A DNA stretch of 64,000 nucleotides. It comes from Syntrophales bacterium. Its GTDB lineage: Bacteria > Desulfobacterota > Syntrophia > Syntrophales > UBA2210. Where the stretch lies: the NCBI GenBank assembly GCA_963666365.2, contig CAXXNF010000002.1, positions 1,504,001-1,568,000 of the forward strand. Direction: 5' to 3'. The notes under the pieces are model-generated. The model saw only the letters and a program-made list of their open reading frames with translations, had not been told where the DNA came from and did no database searches. Position 1 is the stretch's first letter; every line of letters starts with the position of its first letter. Of this stretch, positions 27,807-37,606 are shown one piece after another. Both the position numbers and the translations under genes were made by a program.

Positions 27807-28733
27807 CTACATTTGTTCCGGCACAAAGGCAACCACATCGTCGATGGCGTCAACATCGGTGAACATCATTGCCAGGCGGTCCATTCCCAGGGCAATTCCC
27901 GCCGATTCGGGCATATTCTTCAGGGCGCCGAGAAATTTGGCGGGCTCGGGATAGGGGTGCTTCCCGCGTTCCCGGCGATGCCTTTCCTCAAGGGTGAAGC
28001 GCCTTCGCTGCTCCTCCACATCGGTCAGCTCCGAAAAGGCGTTCGCCAGTTCGATCCCGCCCAGGTACAGTTCGAATCGCTCCACGACTGACGGATCTGC
28101 CGCCTTCTTCCGTGCAAGCGATCCCAGCGACACCGGATAATCGTAAAGAAAGACGGGCCGTTTTCGTCCCAGCTCCGGTTCGATACGAGACACCATTATT
28201 TCGTCGAAGCACTCGTCGGCCAACGCACCTTCCAGGGTGACCGGCGCATACCGCGAGAAGGCCTCTGCCACGGAGACCCGTTCCCAGGGCTTTGAAAGAT
28301 CGACGGAGGACCCTCGAAAGGTGAGCGTCGTTCCCCTGCCGAGACGGGCAGCGGCATAGATGATCAAATCCTCGCATTCGTCCATGAGGGAACAATAATC
28401 GGCGCCGCAGCGATACCATTCGAGCATGGTAAATTCCGTCAGATGACGCCGTCCACGCTCGTCCCGACGAAAGCATTTCGAGATCTGGAACAGCTGAGCA
28501 TACCCGGCGGAAAGCAGCCGCTTCATACAGAGTTCCGGCGATGTCTGAAGAAACCAGCCGTCCCCCGCGGGAACGGCGTCGATATGGGATTCCGGCGCCA
28601 CCTCGCGAATGCGCAAGGGGGTTTCAATTTCAAGGGAGTTCCGATCGATAAAAAAGAGACGGACCGCCTGAATCAGCTCCGCCCGGATCCTCAGGGCTTC
28701 CGCCTTGCGGGCCAGCATCCATCGTTCGTTCAT
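27807..28733 (-). CDS. epmA: EF-P lysine aminoacylase
   Basis: LQTSPELCMKRLL, FR..E, HLTEFTMLEWY, ELANAFSEL, GIALGMDRL. Adjacent to efp. Confidence 0.93.
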   Translation of the reverse strand: MNERWMLARKAEALRIRAELIQAVRLFFIDRNSLEIETPLRIREVAPESHIDAVPAGDGWFLQTSPELCMKRLLSAGYAQLFQISKCFRRDERGRRHLTEFTMLEWYRCGADYCSLMDECEDLIIYAAARLGRGTTLTFRGSSVDLSKPWERVSVAEAFSRYAPVTLEGALADECFDEIMVSRIEPELGRKRPVFLYDYPVSLGSLARKKAADPSVVERFELYLGGIELANAFSELTDVEEQRRRFTLEERHRRERGKHPYPEPAKFLGALKNMPESAGIALGMDRLAMMFTDVDAIDDVVAFVPEQM

Positions 28734-28740
28734 GAAACAG

Positions 28741-29304
28741 CTATTCCTTGACGCGGGTCACATAGTCACCGGTCCGCGTGTCGATCCGTATCTTCTCCCC
28801 CTCTTCAATGAAGGGAGGCGCCTGCAGCTGATAACCCGTCTCCACGATAATCGGTTTTGAATTTCCCGCAGCCGTGTCACCTTTCACCCAGGGATCCGCT
28901 TTTGACACGGTAAGATCGACAAAATTCGGCAGGGTAATGCCAAGGGGCTGTTCGCCGAAAAAAAGAATCTCCACATCGATATTGTCGATCATGAAGTTGA
29001 CCGCATCACCGACCTGTTCCGTCGTGAGATATACCTGCTCGTAGGTCTCGTTATCCATGAAACAGTACTTGTTCTCTTCCTGATAGAGGTATTGCATCGC
29101 CCGTTCCTGAAGATTGGCCGGTTCGAAGCTGTCAACGGAGCGGAAGGTGCGTTCGAACTGAGAGCCGGTCACCATATTTTTCAATTTGCACCGGTACAGC
29201 GCCTGCCCCTTCCCCGGTTTGGAAAATTCAAAATCGACCACCACATAGGGCTCGCCGTCTATCTGGATTTTTAAATTTTTTTTCAAATCACTTGCCGAGT
29301 ACAT
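28741..29304 (-). CDS. efp: Elongation factor P
   Basis: KPGKGQA, KGDTA, ETG, DTRTGDY. Confidence 0.96.
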   Translation of the reverse strand: MYSASDLKKNLKIQIDGEPYVVVDFEFSKPGKGQALYRCKLKNMVTGSQFERTFRSVDSFEPANLQERAMQYLYQEENKYCFMDNETYEQVYLTTEQVGDAVNFMIDNIDVEILFFGEQPLGITLPNFVDLTVSKADPWVKGDTAAGNSKPIIVETGYQLQAPPFIEEGEKIRIDTRTGDYVTRVKE

Positions 29305-29548
29305 ACAATGGAACTCCCCTCTTTTCATGTGCGCTTAAATGCCTGATACTCTTATTCCATTTAGCGTACAATGTCAAAGTAATAGTGATAGGTCCGCCTC
29401 TCCTGCTTTACCGCCTTTCAGGTTTACTCTGATTTGCCATTGACTAAAACCTATATTCTGATAAGAAATGGGCGCAGTCTTCATAATCGTTTCGACACAG
29501 AATTTGGAGCGCATATTTCATTACAGGAAACGAAAAGGAGCGTCAAAA

Positions 29549-30979
29549 ATGGATCTCACAAAGTTATTCTATCCCGAAAGTGTCGCCGTTATCGGCGCCT
29601 CCGCCAACATGGGAGGGGGCAAAATACCCTACTTTCTTTTACTGCAGGGAGGTGGATATAAGGGGAAACTGTATCCGGTTAATCCGAAGTACAGTGAGAT
29701 CAACGGCGTGAAGGCCTATGCCTCGATCGACGAGCTTCCGGAAGGTGTCGATTATGCAATCGTGGCGGCGCCGGTGCAGCAATCAATGGATATTATCAAA
29801 TCGGCAGCACGCAAGCAGATCAAGTTTATCCATTTTTTTACTTCCGGTTTCGGTGAAACAGGGAATTACGATCTGGAAAAAGACCTCGTGAAAGAGGCCC
29901 ACAGGGGCGGCACGCGAATAATAGGACCCAATTGTGTGGGAGTGCACTGCACAGAGTCGAAATTGAGTTTCGGATACGGCCTTGAGCAGAATAACCATTC
30001 ACCGGGAAACGTGGCCTTCCTGGGGCAATCGGGCGGCGTCACGGGTAATTTTACCGGCATGGCACTCACACGAAGGATACACGTAAACAAGATCGTCTCC
30101 TACGGCAATCAGATCGATGTGAGGGTGGAAGATTATCTCAACTATTTCGCCGACGATCGGAACATTACCCTGATCGCCTGTTATATTGAAGACATCAAGG
30201 ATGCCAAGGCATTTCTCCGCGCCCTGAGAAAGACGACGGAAAAGAAGCCCGTGATCATTCTCAAGGGCGGCACCACCGCACAGGGATCGGTGGCGGCGGC
30301 AAGCCATACCGGCGCCATGGCCAGCGATTACCGCATATGGTCGTCTGCCATTCGCCAGCATGGCGGCGTGCTGGTAGACAATTTCGACCAGATGATGAAT
30401 CTCGTCATGCTGGGAACCGGGAGGAAACCTCTCAGAGGCAAACGACTGGGTTTTCTCGGCGCCGGCGGCGGAGTTTCAGTCATGTTCACGGATATGGCCA
30501 TACAGGAAGGGTTGTCCCTCCCTCAGCTCCAGGAGAGAACACAGCGGATGATCGCAGAAAAAATCAAAGGGGTAAACACCTCTACCATGAACCCCGTGGA
30601 TTTGGGCGCCTATGGATTTGATTTCAATGTCATGTCCCATACCATGAAGGCCCTGGATCAGGATGACAACATCGATATCATCATCCCCTATTTTTCGGTC
30701 GATTACATTCTGAGGGCGGTGCTCCTCCTCAACGCCCAAAACAGCCAGCAGACGATTGTGGAAATGGCCGAGGCGATCAAAAAACCGGTCATTCCCATCC
30801 TGACACGATTTACAGAAGACAGCATAGATATCGAAAAAACGAGAATTGACACGTTTTCAACGCTCCGCAATGCAGAATTTCCTGTGTTCTCGAATATTCA
30901 GGATGCCGTGTATTCGATCAGCAAATATTTTGAATGGGCGGAGAAAAGGGAACACGATAAAAAGAACGGCAGCCGGTAG
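29549..30979 (+). CDS. NDP-forming acyl-CoA synthetase alpha-type subunit (CoA-binding)
   Basis: SVAVIGAS, PVNP, GPNC, QSGG, SYGN, SHTGAMA, NPVD. No ATP-grasp domain. Confidence 0.85.
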   Translation: MDLTKLFYPESVAVIGASANMGGGKIPYFLLLQGGGYKGKLYPVNPKYSEINGVKAYASIDELPEGVDYAIVAAPVQQSMDIIKSAARKQIKFIHFFTSGFGETGNYDLEKDLVKEAHRGGTRIIGPNCVGVHCTESKLSFGYGLEQNNHSPGNVAFLGQSGGVTGNFTGMALTRRIHVNKIVSYGNQIDVRVEDYLNYFADDRNITLIACYIEDIKDAKAFLRALRKTTEKKPVIILKGGTTAQGSVAAASHTGAMASDYRIWSSAIRQHGGVLVDNFDQMMNLVMLGTGRKPLRGKRLGFLGAGGGVSVMFTDMAIQEGLSLPQLQERTQRMIAEKIKGVNTSTMNPVDLGAYGFDFNVMSHTMKALDQDDNIDIIIPYFSVDYILRAVLLLNAQNSQQTIVEMAEAIKKPVIPILTRFTEDSIDIEKTRIDTFSTLRNAEFPVFSNIQDAVYSISKYFEWAEKREHDKKNGSR

Positions 30980-31011
30980 AAAGAGGCCGCACAGGCAGTC
31001 CTCCTTTTCTT

Positions 31012-31040
31012 TTGACAGGAAAACATTTTTTACGTATAGT
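31012..31040 (+). promoter_or_regulatory. Near-consensus sigma70 promoter
   Basis: TTGACA, 17-bp spacer, TATAGT. Confidence 0.65.
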
Positions 31041-31172
31041 CGCTGCTCTGTTTTACGTGGCATCCATGCGGCCCTTCATAAAACTCCCTTACATGATGAT
31101 CAAGCGGGGCGACGTTAAAAAGAACACCGTATCATCCACCCATACCGGGGGGAGTGCACACAATAACACAGA

Positions 31173-32384
31173 GTGAAGAGCATTATGATACAGAGGGATA
31201 CATCGAAAATAGCTATTATCGGTCCCGGCAGGCTGGGAACGGCCTTTGCCTACAAATTCAGCCGCGACGACAAGGAAATACATATATACTACCACGACGC
31301 CGGTCTCTGCAAGTGGATCAATGAAGAACACCTCAATCCGAAACATCTGACGGAAAGTCTTTGCGACATAGTCGGCGGGATGGAAAATGTTCCCCGGCTT
31401 TCAAAAAAAGTGCGGGCCACCAACGACCTGGAAGCGATCGTAGAGGAAAACGATTTCATCATCCTTTCAATCACAATGCATCGGCTCCCTGAACTTCTGA
31501 ACTATTTAAAACCGCTCATTGCGAAAAAACAGGGACATACCTGTCTTCTCTCTCCCATAAAGGGCCTCTCTTCCGACGAGAAAACGAAGGAACTGATTAC
31601 CCCCTCGCAGATGATCAACAACTACCTTTTCGATCTCAAGCACAAATACGACATCATCTGCATCGGCGGTCCCTTTTTCGATGTCGATATCGCCCTGGGG
31701 AATCCTGTCTGCCTCACCGTGGCCGGAAAAAAGAACATCGCCGGAATCGTGAAAAACAATATATTAAAGGTAAACAGGCGCGAGATGAACTCCTACTATA
31801 ACTTCGATACCATCGGGGTTGAGGCCTGCGGCGCCCTGAAAAACATCGTGGCGAACCTCAAAGGGGTCACCGACTGCCTTGATCTGGGACGATCGATTGC
31901 GGGAACCCTCTTTGCGCGATCAGGCGTTGAAGTGCGATCCCTGTCAAAGCTTTTAGGGGGAAGTTTTCAGGCCTTCTACAGTCAGGCGGGCGTGGGTGAC
32001 ATGTATGTCACCGTTTCGTCCCTGGCAAGCAAGAACTATCGCTACGGCAAGTATTTCTATGAATATTACAACGGGAACCCCATAGAAACAAATATAAAGG
32101 TTCTGGAGATGATAGACGGAACGCCCGAGGGACCCAACACGATAAAGAGCGTCCATCGGTATCTTGAGAAGAAAAATATGTACAGTCCCCTTTTCCACCG
32201 TACCTACGAAATTTTCAACGAAGGGGGGAACAAGCAGGAAATAAAGGAACGCATTATACAGGCCTGTCAGTTTGACAAGCGCACCAGGGAATATATAGGT
32301 CCGATCTCGCGAATTCTCTACCGCCTCATTCCCGATATCTGGTATCGGAGGGATCGTGGTTTTCTGTCAAAATTTACCCGTTGA
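31173..32384 (+). CDS. NAD(P)H-dependent glycerol-3-phosphate dehydrogenase-like protein (divergent)
   Basis: IIGPGRLG, KG, GALKNI, GVGDMYVT, SKNY, EG. Start may be 31185. Confidence 0.75.
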   Translation: MKSIMIQRDTSKIAIIGPGRLGTAFAYKFSRDDKEIHIYYHDAGLCKWINEEHLNPKHLTESLCDIVGGMENVPRLSKKVRATNDLEAIVEENDFIILSITMHRLPELLNYLKPLIAKKQGHTCLLSPIKGLSSDEKTKELITPSQMINNYLFDLKHKYDIICIGGPFFDVDIALGNPVCLTVAGKKNIAGIVKNNILKVNRREMNSYYNFDTIGVEACGALKNIVANLKGVTDCLDLGRSIAGTLFARSGVEVRSLSKLLGGSFQAFYSQAGVGDMYVTVSSLASKNYRYGKYFYEYYNGNPIETNIKVLEMIDGTPEGPNTIKSVHRYLEKKNMYSPLFHRTYEIFNEGGNKQEIKERIIQACQFDKRTREYIGPISRILYRLIPDIWYRRDRGFLSKFTR

Positions 32385-33729
32385 GTTTTCTTTTGATTTC
32401 CTCAAGTTTTTTCAGGTACCATTCTCCATCTTTCAGGTTTTTGTAATTGCGGATATCCTCTTCGAGCGTTTCCAGGTGGGGACGAATGTCAATGCCGTAG
32501 CAGTTCTTGTGTTCTGTTTCCGCTTTGTAAACGATCAAAATGGAGTAATAGATCACCAGGATGCGTAATTTTGAATCCCTTCTGGCCAGATAGGATTTTC
32601 CCGCCAGTGTGGAGAGAAAAAAGGCCCCGTACTCATAAAAAGCTTCAAGAGAAATCGCAGTTCTTGCATCGGGTTGGGCCATATCCATGATCAGCCAGCG
32701 ATAGATGAGGTCCATGGCTTCTTCTGTTCTGTTTCGTTCATGGATGAACACATTGTTTATCAGCTGTATATTCTTTCCCCCAATGGCACGATAGAGATGA
32801 TAGAGATTGGCCGTAAGTGTTGCCATGTTCTGGATTTCACCTGAGACACGGGGCCGTTTTTCGACGAGTCGTGCAACAACATCGAGGCCGCGGGCATAGG
32901 TCCCTTCAAATATGTCATATTCCCTCACATAGGCTCGGCTGTCCAGATAACGGCAGAACCGTTTCACCTCTTCAAGAAGAAGTGTGTATTCATTTCTTTC
33001 CGTACCGGCCTTCGTCGCCTCTGTTTCAGGGTATGGCGTTGATATCTTCCTTCGAACCACCGCCCCCTCTCGACTGACGCTTCCGGACCCGCCGGATAAC
33101 GCGGCGTCAGGGCTTTTTACACCGGATTCCCCGGCTGCTGGGCCTGCTTCGGTTGTTTCGCTGTCGGCAGCGATCGTTTCCTGGCGAATCGACGGTGTCT
33201 TTTTGCCCCCTCCGTCAGCATCATCGGGGGGCGATGTCCGACCGGGGTCCCGATCTCGTCGTGCCGGCACTGTGTTCCCCCCGGCAGGAATGGTTTCCTG
33301 ACGAATTGATGCCGTGCTTCGCGCCTCCCCGTCATCCCCATCCGTCGGTGATGAGTGAACCGCACCGGGACTCGTCCTGTGAACCGACTCCTCGTCGGTC
33401 TTCTGCCGCAAAGACGGCACACTCCCCTGCCCCGCGAGATCCGCTGCAGTTCCGCCCCCCTTTTTTTCCTGTGACGGAACCGAGAGTGCCTTTCCGGCGC
33501 CAGGCGACTGTGCATCCTTCGATGACTGTTTTCCGACGGTTCCGCGATCGGCTGTCTGATCCGCGGCGCCCTGAGACATCAATCGCTCCTCGGCGCCTGC
33601 AGCCCTCTTCTGCAATGCTTCCTCAACGCGATCCGGTGAATCGAACCAATGGCGATATGCCAGAAAGGCCGCTGCAACAACAACAACGATTACAATGGTA
33701 CAGAGGATAAGTTTTCCATTTTTTTTCAT
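32374..33729 (-). CDS. Hypothetical membrane-anchored protein with low-complexity linker
   Basis: N-terminal TM helix, a G/S/T/P/D-rich region with an internal duplication, and a helical C-terminal domain. Confidence 0.7.
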   Translation of the reverse strand: MKKNGKLILCTIVIVVVVAAAFLAYRHWFDSPDRVEEALQKRAAGAEERLMSQGAADQTADRGTVGKQSSKDAQSPGAGKALSVPSQEKKGGGTAADLAGQGSVPSLRQKTDEESVHRTSPGAVHSSPTDGDDGEARSTASIRQETIPAGGNTVPARRDRDPGRTSPPDDADGGGKKTPSIRQETIAADSETTEAGPAAGESGVKSPDAALSGGSGSVSREGAVVRRKISTPYPETEATKAGTERNEYTLLLEEVKRFCRYLDSRAYVREYDIFEGTYARGLDVVARLVEKRPRVSGEIQNMATLTANLYHLYRAIGGKNIQLINNVFIHERNRTEEAMDLIYRWLIMDMAQPDARTAISLEAFYEYGAFFLSTLAGKSYLARRDSKLRILVIYYSILIVYKAETEHKNCYGIDIRPHLETLEEDIRNYKNLKDGEWYLKKLEEIKRKLNG

Positions 33730-33826
33730 TCAAGCACCTTTCACCTCTCTGCCGCACTCATCTTTAAGGTTGTCGTCCGTCGCGCGCCCTCCCGGCGGCA
33801 GACCCTGTCACAGGGAACAGTCTGTT

Positions 33827-34684
33827 TTATGACGCCAGGCATTCTATAATCTGTGCAAGGTCGGTGATAATCATGTCGGGACGGATATGGGCGCAACTTC
33901 GATCCTCTTCACGCAGGTCCAGTGACCGTGCGTCACCGGCATAAAGCGCAGTCTGAAATCCCGCCGCCGCCGAGGGTGCGATATCTTTGCGCATGTCGTT
34001 TCCCACATAGAGCGTATTTTTCGCGTCGATCCCTGCTGCTCTGAGAATCTGCGCCGCCCTGTCAAAGGGCTCGGGAGAGGGCTTGCAGTGCCCGAGCATG
34101 TAGGAAAACAAGAGAAGCTCCTCTCGAAATCCCAGTTCCGCGGGCCTTTGACCCAGCAGTGCCGCAAACAAATAGGGTGTATAAAACTGGGCGTTTGAAA
34201 TTATGCCCATGACAACTTTCTGCTTTTTACAGGTGGAGAGAAGTTCCTGCAGGTGAGGCATGGGATAGACGGGATTAACGATCATCTCATATTCGAGGGC
34301 AAATGACTGCAGCAGCGGGATATCAGTAATACCCAGCACGGAAGCCCAGATCTCTTCTATTACTACCTCGGGATAGTCGATCCCCTTCCCATCCCTTAGC
34401 GCCCCCTTGGTTGATTCGATACACTCGAAAAAGGCATCGATCATCGGAGAAACCGGTGCGGTGATGCCATGACGGGCACACAGTTCCGCAATCGCATCGA
34501 TATTTCTTGCGGCCTCTTCCTTTGCGGCCCCGATATCTCCCGCCCTGCTGATAAACAGTGTCCCATACACGTCAAAGAGAACCGCCTGTACGGGCGCCCT
34601 CGGCGTCACTACTGCATCAAGCCCGGTGTCTATGGGACTCATCGGTTTCGAATAGTGTCGAATCAATTGCTCGAAAGTTGTCAT
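33827..34684 (-). CDS. HAD-superfamily hydrolase
   Basis: FDVYGTL, ISNAQ, KPS, YVGND..KD. Start MTTFEQ chosen to avoid overlap with rfbB. Confidence 0.85.
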   Translation of the reverse strand: MTTFEQLIRHYSKPMSPIDTGLDAVVTPRAPVQAVLFDVYGTLFISRAGDIGAAKEEAARNIDAIAELCARHGITAPVSPMIDAFFECIESTKGALRDGKGIDYPEVVIEEIWASVLGITDIPLLQSFALEYEMIVNPVYPMPHLQELLSTCKKQKVVMGIISNAQFYTPYLFAALLGQRPAELGFREELLLFSYMLGHCKPSPEPFDRAAQILRAAGIDAKNTLYVGNDMRKDIAPSAAAGFQTALYAGDARSLDLREEDRSCAHIRPDMIITDLAQIIECLAS

Positions 34685-34870
34685 TCCCGCAGCCTTGTAA
34701 TATTCGGGCAGGCAGGGGCGGCGCAATCCTAATATCCCCCCCCTTCGCGCTGTTGATTTACCATAGAAGAGGAATCGGGACCTGTCAAGCTTTTCAGGCA
34801 TTTTATTTGACAGCGTCCCTTGTTTTAAGGTATGGGGGGCAAGTGAAAAATTCCAATGGAGAAGCGGTGC

Positions 34871-35941
34871 ATGGACATCAATAATCTCATGGTAACCGGG
34901 GGCTGTGGATTTATCGGCAGCAATTTTATCAGATATCTTCTCAATGAACCCGATTTTACCGGGCGCATCATCAATGTCGACAGTCTCACCTATGCGGGCA
35001 ATCCGGACAATCTGCAGGATCTCACCGCTACATACCGAGAACGGTACTGTTTCGAACGGGCGGATATTTGCGACTTCGAGCGCATGGAGCACATTTTTTC
35101 AAACTACGGCATTGACGGAATATGTCATTTTGCCGCCGAATCGCACGTGGATCGATCCATCAAGCGTCCCGACGCGTTCATACGGACGAATATAATGGGG
35201 ACCTTCAATCTGCTCGAACTGGCCCGGGCGCAGGGCGGCTCATTCACACTCTTTCATCATGTCAGCACCGACGAGGTGTATGGTAGTCTGGGGAAGCGGG
35301 GATTGTTCCGGGAAACGATGCCCTATCGGCCGAACAGCCCCTATTCCGCTTCAAAGGCAGCCTCGGATCACCTTATTCGGGCCTATGGTAAAACCTATGG
35401 ACTGCCGACAACGCTTTCCAACTGTTCAAACAATTACGGCCCCTATCAATTTCCCGAAAAGCTGATCCCTCTCATAATTCTCAATGCGGCAGCGGGAAAG
35501 GAACTTCCCGTCTACGGCGATGGGAAAAATGTGCGCGACTGGCTCTACGTGGAAGACCACTGCCTTGCCATCTGGACCATAATGAAATCGGGGAAAAGGG
35601 GAAGGACCTACAATGTGGGCGGCAACAGAGAAATGGAAAATATCTCCATAGTCGAAATGATATGCGACCTTGTCGACGCTGCACTGGGAACGCTTGAGGG
35701 AAGACCCTCCCGCCGCACGCTCATTACCTTTGTCAAGGACCGGCCCGGCCACGACAGGCGCTACGCAATCGACTTCAGTCGACTTCGGAGGGAGCTGTCA
35801 TGGGAACCGAAGGAATCCTTTGAATCGGGTCTCGAAAAGACCGTGTCCTGGTATCTTGCACAGGACGAATGGGTTCGAAGAATCACCAGCGGGGAATATC
35901 TTTCCTGGATGGAGGAACATTACGGCAATGCGCCCCTGTAG
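34871..35941 (+). CDS. rfbB: dTDP-glucose 4,6-dehydratase
   Basis: VTGGCGFIGSNF, AAESHVDRSI, STDEVYG, YSASK, DRPGHDRRY. Confidence 0.95.
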   Translation: MDINNLMVTGGCGFIGSNFIRYLLNEPDFTGRIINVDSLTYAGNPDNLQDLTATYRERYCFERADICDFERMEHIFSNYGIDGICHFAAESHVDRSIKRPDAFIRTNIMGTFNLLELARAQGGSFTLFHHVSTDEVYGSLGKRGLFRETMPYRPNSPYSASKAASDHLIRAYGKTYGLPTTLSNCSNNYGPYQFPEKLIPLIILNAAAGKELPVYGDGKNVRDWLYVEDHCLAIWTIMKSGKRGRTYNVGGNREMENISIVEMICDLVDAALGTLEGRPSRRTLITFVKDRPGHDRRYAIDFSRLRRELSWEPKESFESGLEKTVSWYLAQDEWVRRITSGEYLSWMEEHYGNAPL

Positions 35942-35949
35942 AGAAGGGA

Positions 35950-37152
35950 TCAGATCACGCCCTCATCTTCGAGCGCACTGAATTCCACCTCACTCATCCC
36001 CAAAAGGCCGCAGTAAATTTCCCTGTTATGCTCGCCCAGGCGGGGCGGCGGTCTGTTCACGCGCCCCGGGGTCTCTGAAAGATCGATAGGAATGCCGCCG
36101 AGTTTCAGCATCCCCCACCCGCCGTAATCGATGTCGGCAAGGGCCTTGTCGTGTATCACCTGAGGGTCCCGCGCCACTTCGTCGACATCATTGACGACAC
36201 CGCAGGGGAGCCGTGCGTCGCGGAGCCGGTGTACCGCTTCATCGGCGGTTCTCTCTTTTACCCAGTCCGCCACCAGACAGTCGATCTCGTCTTTGTGCTG
36301 AAAGCGATCGTAATCCGTCGCAAGATCGGGACGGATCGACAGGTCGTCCCTGCCGACAAGCCTGCAAAAACGGCGAAAGAGTCCCTTCGTTACCATCGAT
36401 ATATAGACCCACCGTCCATCTTTGGATTGGTACAGGTCGGAGGGACCCGTATACCAGGAGCGGTTGCCCATCCGTGACCGCTTGCGCCCCATCGACTCGT
36501 ACTCGCTTATTGCGAGCGCATTCAGCACCACACCGGTTTTGAGAAGATTAGTTTCGACCTTTTGCCCCCGGCCCGTTGTTCGCCGATGGTAGAGGGCCAT
36601 TACGATTCCCAGGGCCGCAAAGGTGCCCGCTTCAAAGTCACAGTAGCGGACCTCGGAACGCTGGGGCGGCTTGTCGGGAAATCCCGTAAGCTCCATGGCC
36701 CCCGACATGGCCTGGGCGATCTGATCGAACCCCAACCTGTCGGCATAGGGGCCGCTGCTTCCGAATCCCGTAATTTCAGCATATACAAGGGAAGGATTGA
36801 CCGCACGAAGCGCTTCGTAGCCGATTCCCATCTGCGCTACCGCCCCGGTACTGAAGTTGTGGAGAAACACATCGACCTTTTTCACCAACTCCATTAAAAC
36901 GGCAAAGGCCTTCTTGTTTTCCATAAAGTTCAGGGTAATCGCCTTCTTGTTGCGTGCCTGGTTCAGAAACATGAAGCCGTCGCCGGAGGGACCCTGCAGA
37001 CCCATATAGCGATCGTCTTCACCGCCGGGGCGTTCGATTCGAATTACTTCGGCCCCGAAATCCGCCAGGAGCAATCCTCCGAATGGTCCGGAGATATGCC
37101 GCGACAAGTCGAGCACCCTGATTCCCTCAAGTACCGATTTCATGCTGTCCAT
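35950..37152 (-). CDS. CaiB/BaiF class III CoA-transferase
   Basis: GIRVLDLS, GPFG..LADFGAEVI, RNKK, GFG..GPY, GFD, PPRLGEH. Confidence 0.92.
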   Translation of the reverse strand: MDSMKSVLEGIRVLDLSRHISGPFGGLLLADFGAEVIRIERPGGEDDRYMGLQGPSGDGFMFLNQARNKKAITLNFMENKKAFAVLMELVKKVDVFLHNFSTGAVAQMGIGYEALRAVNPSLVYAEITGFGSSGPYADRLGFDQIAQAMSGAMELTGFPDKPPQRSEVRYCDFEAGTFAALGIVMALYHRRTTGRGQKVETNLLKTGVVLNALAISEYESMGRKRSRMGNRSWYTGPSDLYQSKDGRWVYISMVTKGLFRRFCRLVGRDDLSIRPDLATDYDRFQHKDEIDCLVADWVKERTADEAVHRLRDARLPCGVVNDVDEVARDPQVIHDKALADIDYGGWGMLKLGGIPIDLSETPGRVNRPPPRLGEHNREIYCGLLGMSEVEFSALEDEGVI

Positions 37153-37267
37153 GGAGTTTCTCACGCACCCTTTTTCAGGCCCGCAGCAAGGAATGCCGCC
37201 GCGGCTGCACCAACAGAGGAAGCTCCGGGCCGCCATCCTTCTGCCTTAAAGCGATCCATCGGAATTG

Positions 37268-37606
37268 TTATAATTTGTCCGCCGTGTCGGCGACGACAAA
37301 GGGAAGAGACTGTATGGCAATCACACCTTTTTTTACCCAGATCCGTGCCATACGCACCGACTCCCCCGCCATGGTTGCGAGGCTGGGGAGTTCATCGGCG
37401 GCGCCGATATCTGCCTTGTTGAATTCGCAGTATGAAAGACGGGGACTGTATGGATCTATGATCAACACCACCTTCGTTTCGTCATAGGGGTGTTTTTTCA
37501 GGGCGCCGGTAAAAGGGACATAGTCCGATGAAAGATCTCTCCCGCCCGAATATGTTTCAATTTCAAACTTACCCACCGCACCTTCAAGGAGCGTGTCAAT
37601 CGGCAT
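37268..37606 (-). CDS. Small hypothetical protein
   Basis: Co-directional and overlapping with the upstream gene. PFTG..KHPYD...WVKKG...PF sequence looks like a folded domain. Confidence 0.6.
   Translation of the reverse strand: MPIDTLLEGAVGKFEIETYSGGRDLSSDYVPFTGALKKHPYDETKVVLIIDPYSPRLSYCEFNKADIGAADELPSLATMAGESVRMARIWVKKGVIAIQSLPFVVADTADKL

Noticed and set aside
27807..29304. efp-epmA without epmB as an anomaly
   Set aside because: epmB may lie elsewhere in the genome; cannot be judged from one window.
34685..35092. Long N-terminal extension of the HAD hydrolase ORF
   Set aside because: Overlaps rfbB antisense and the divergent promoter region.
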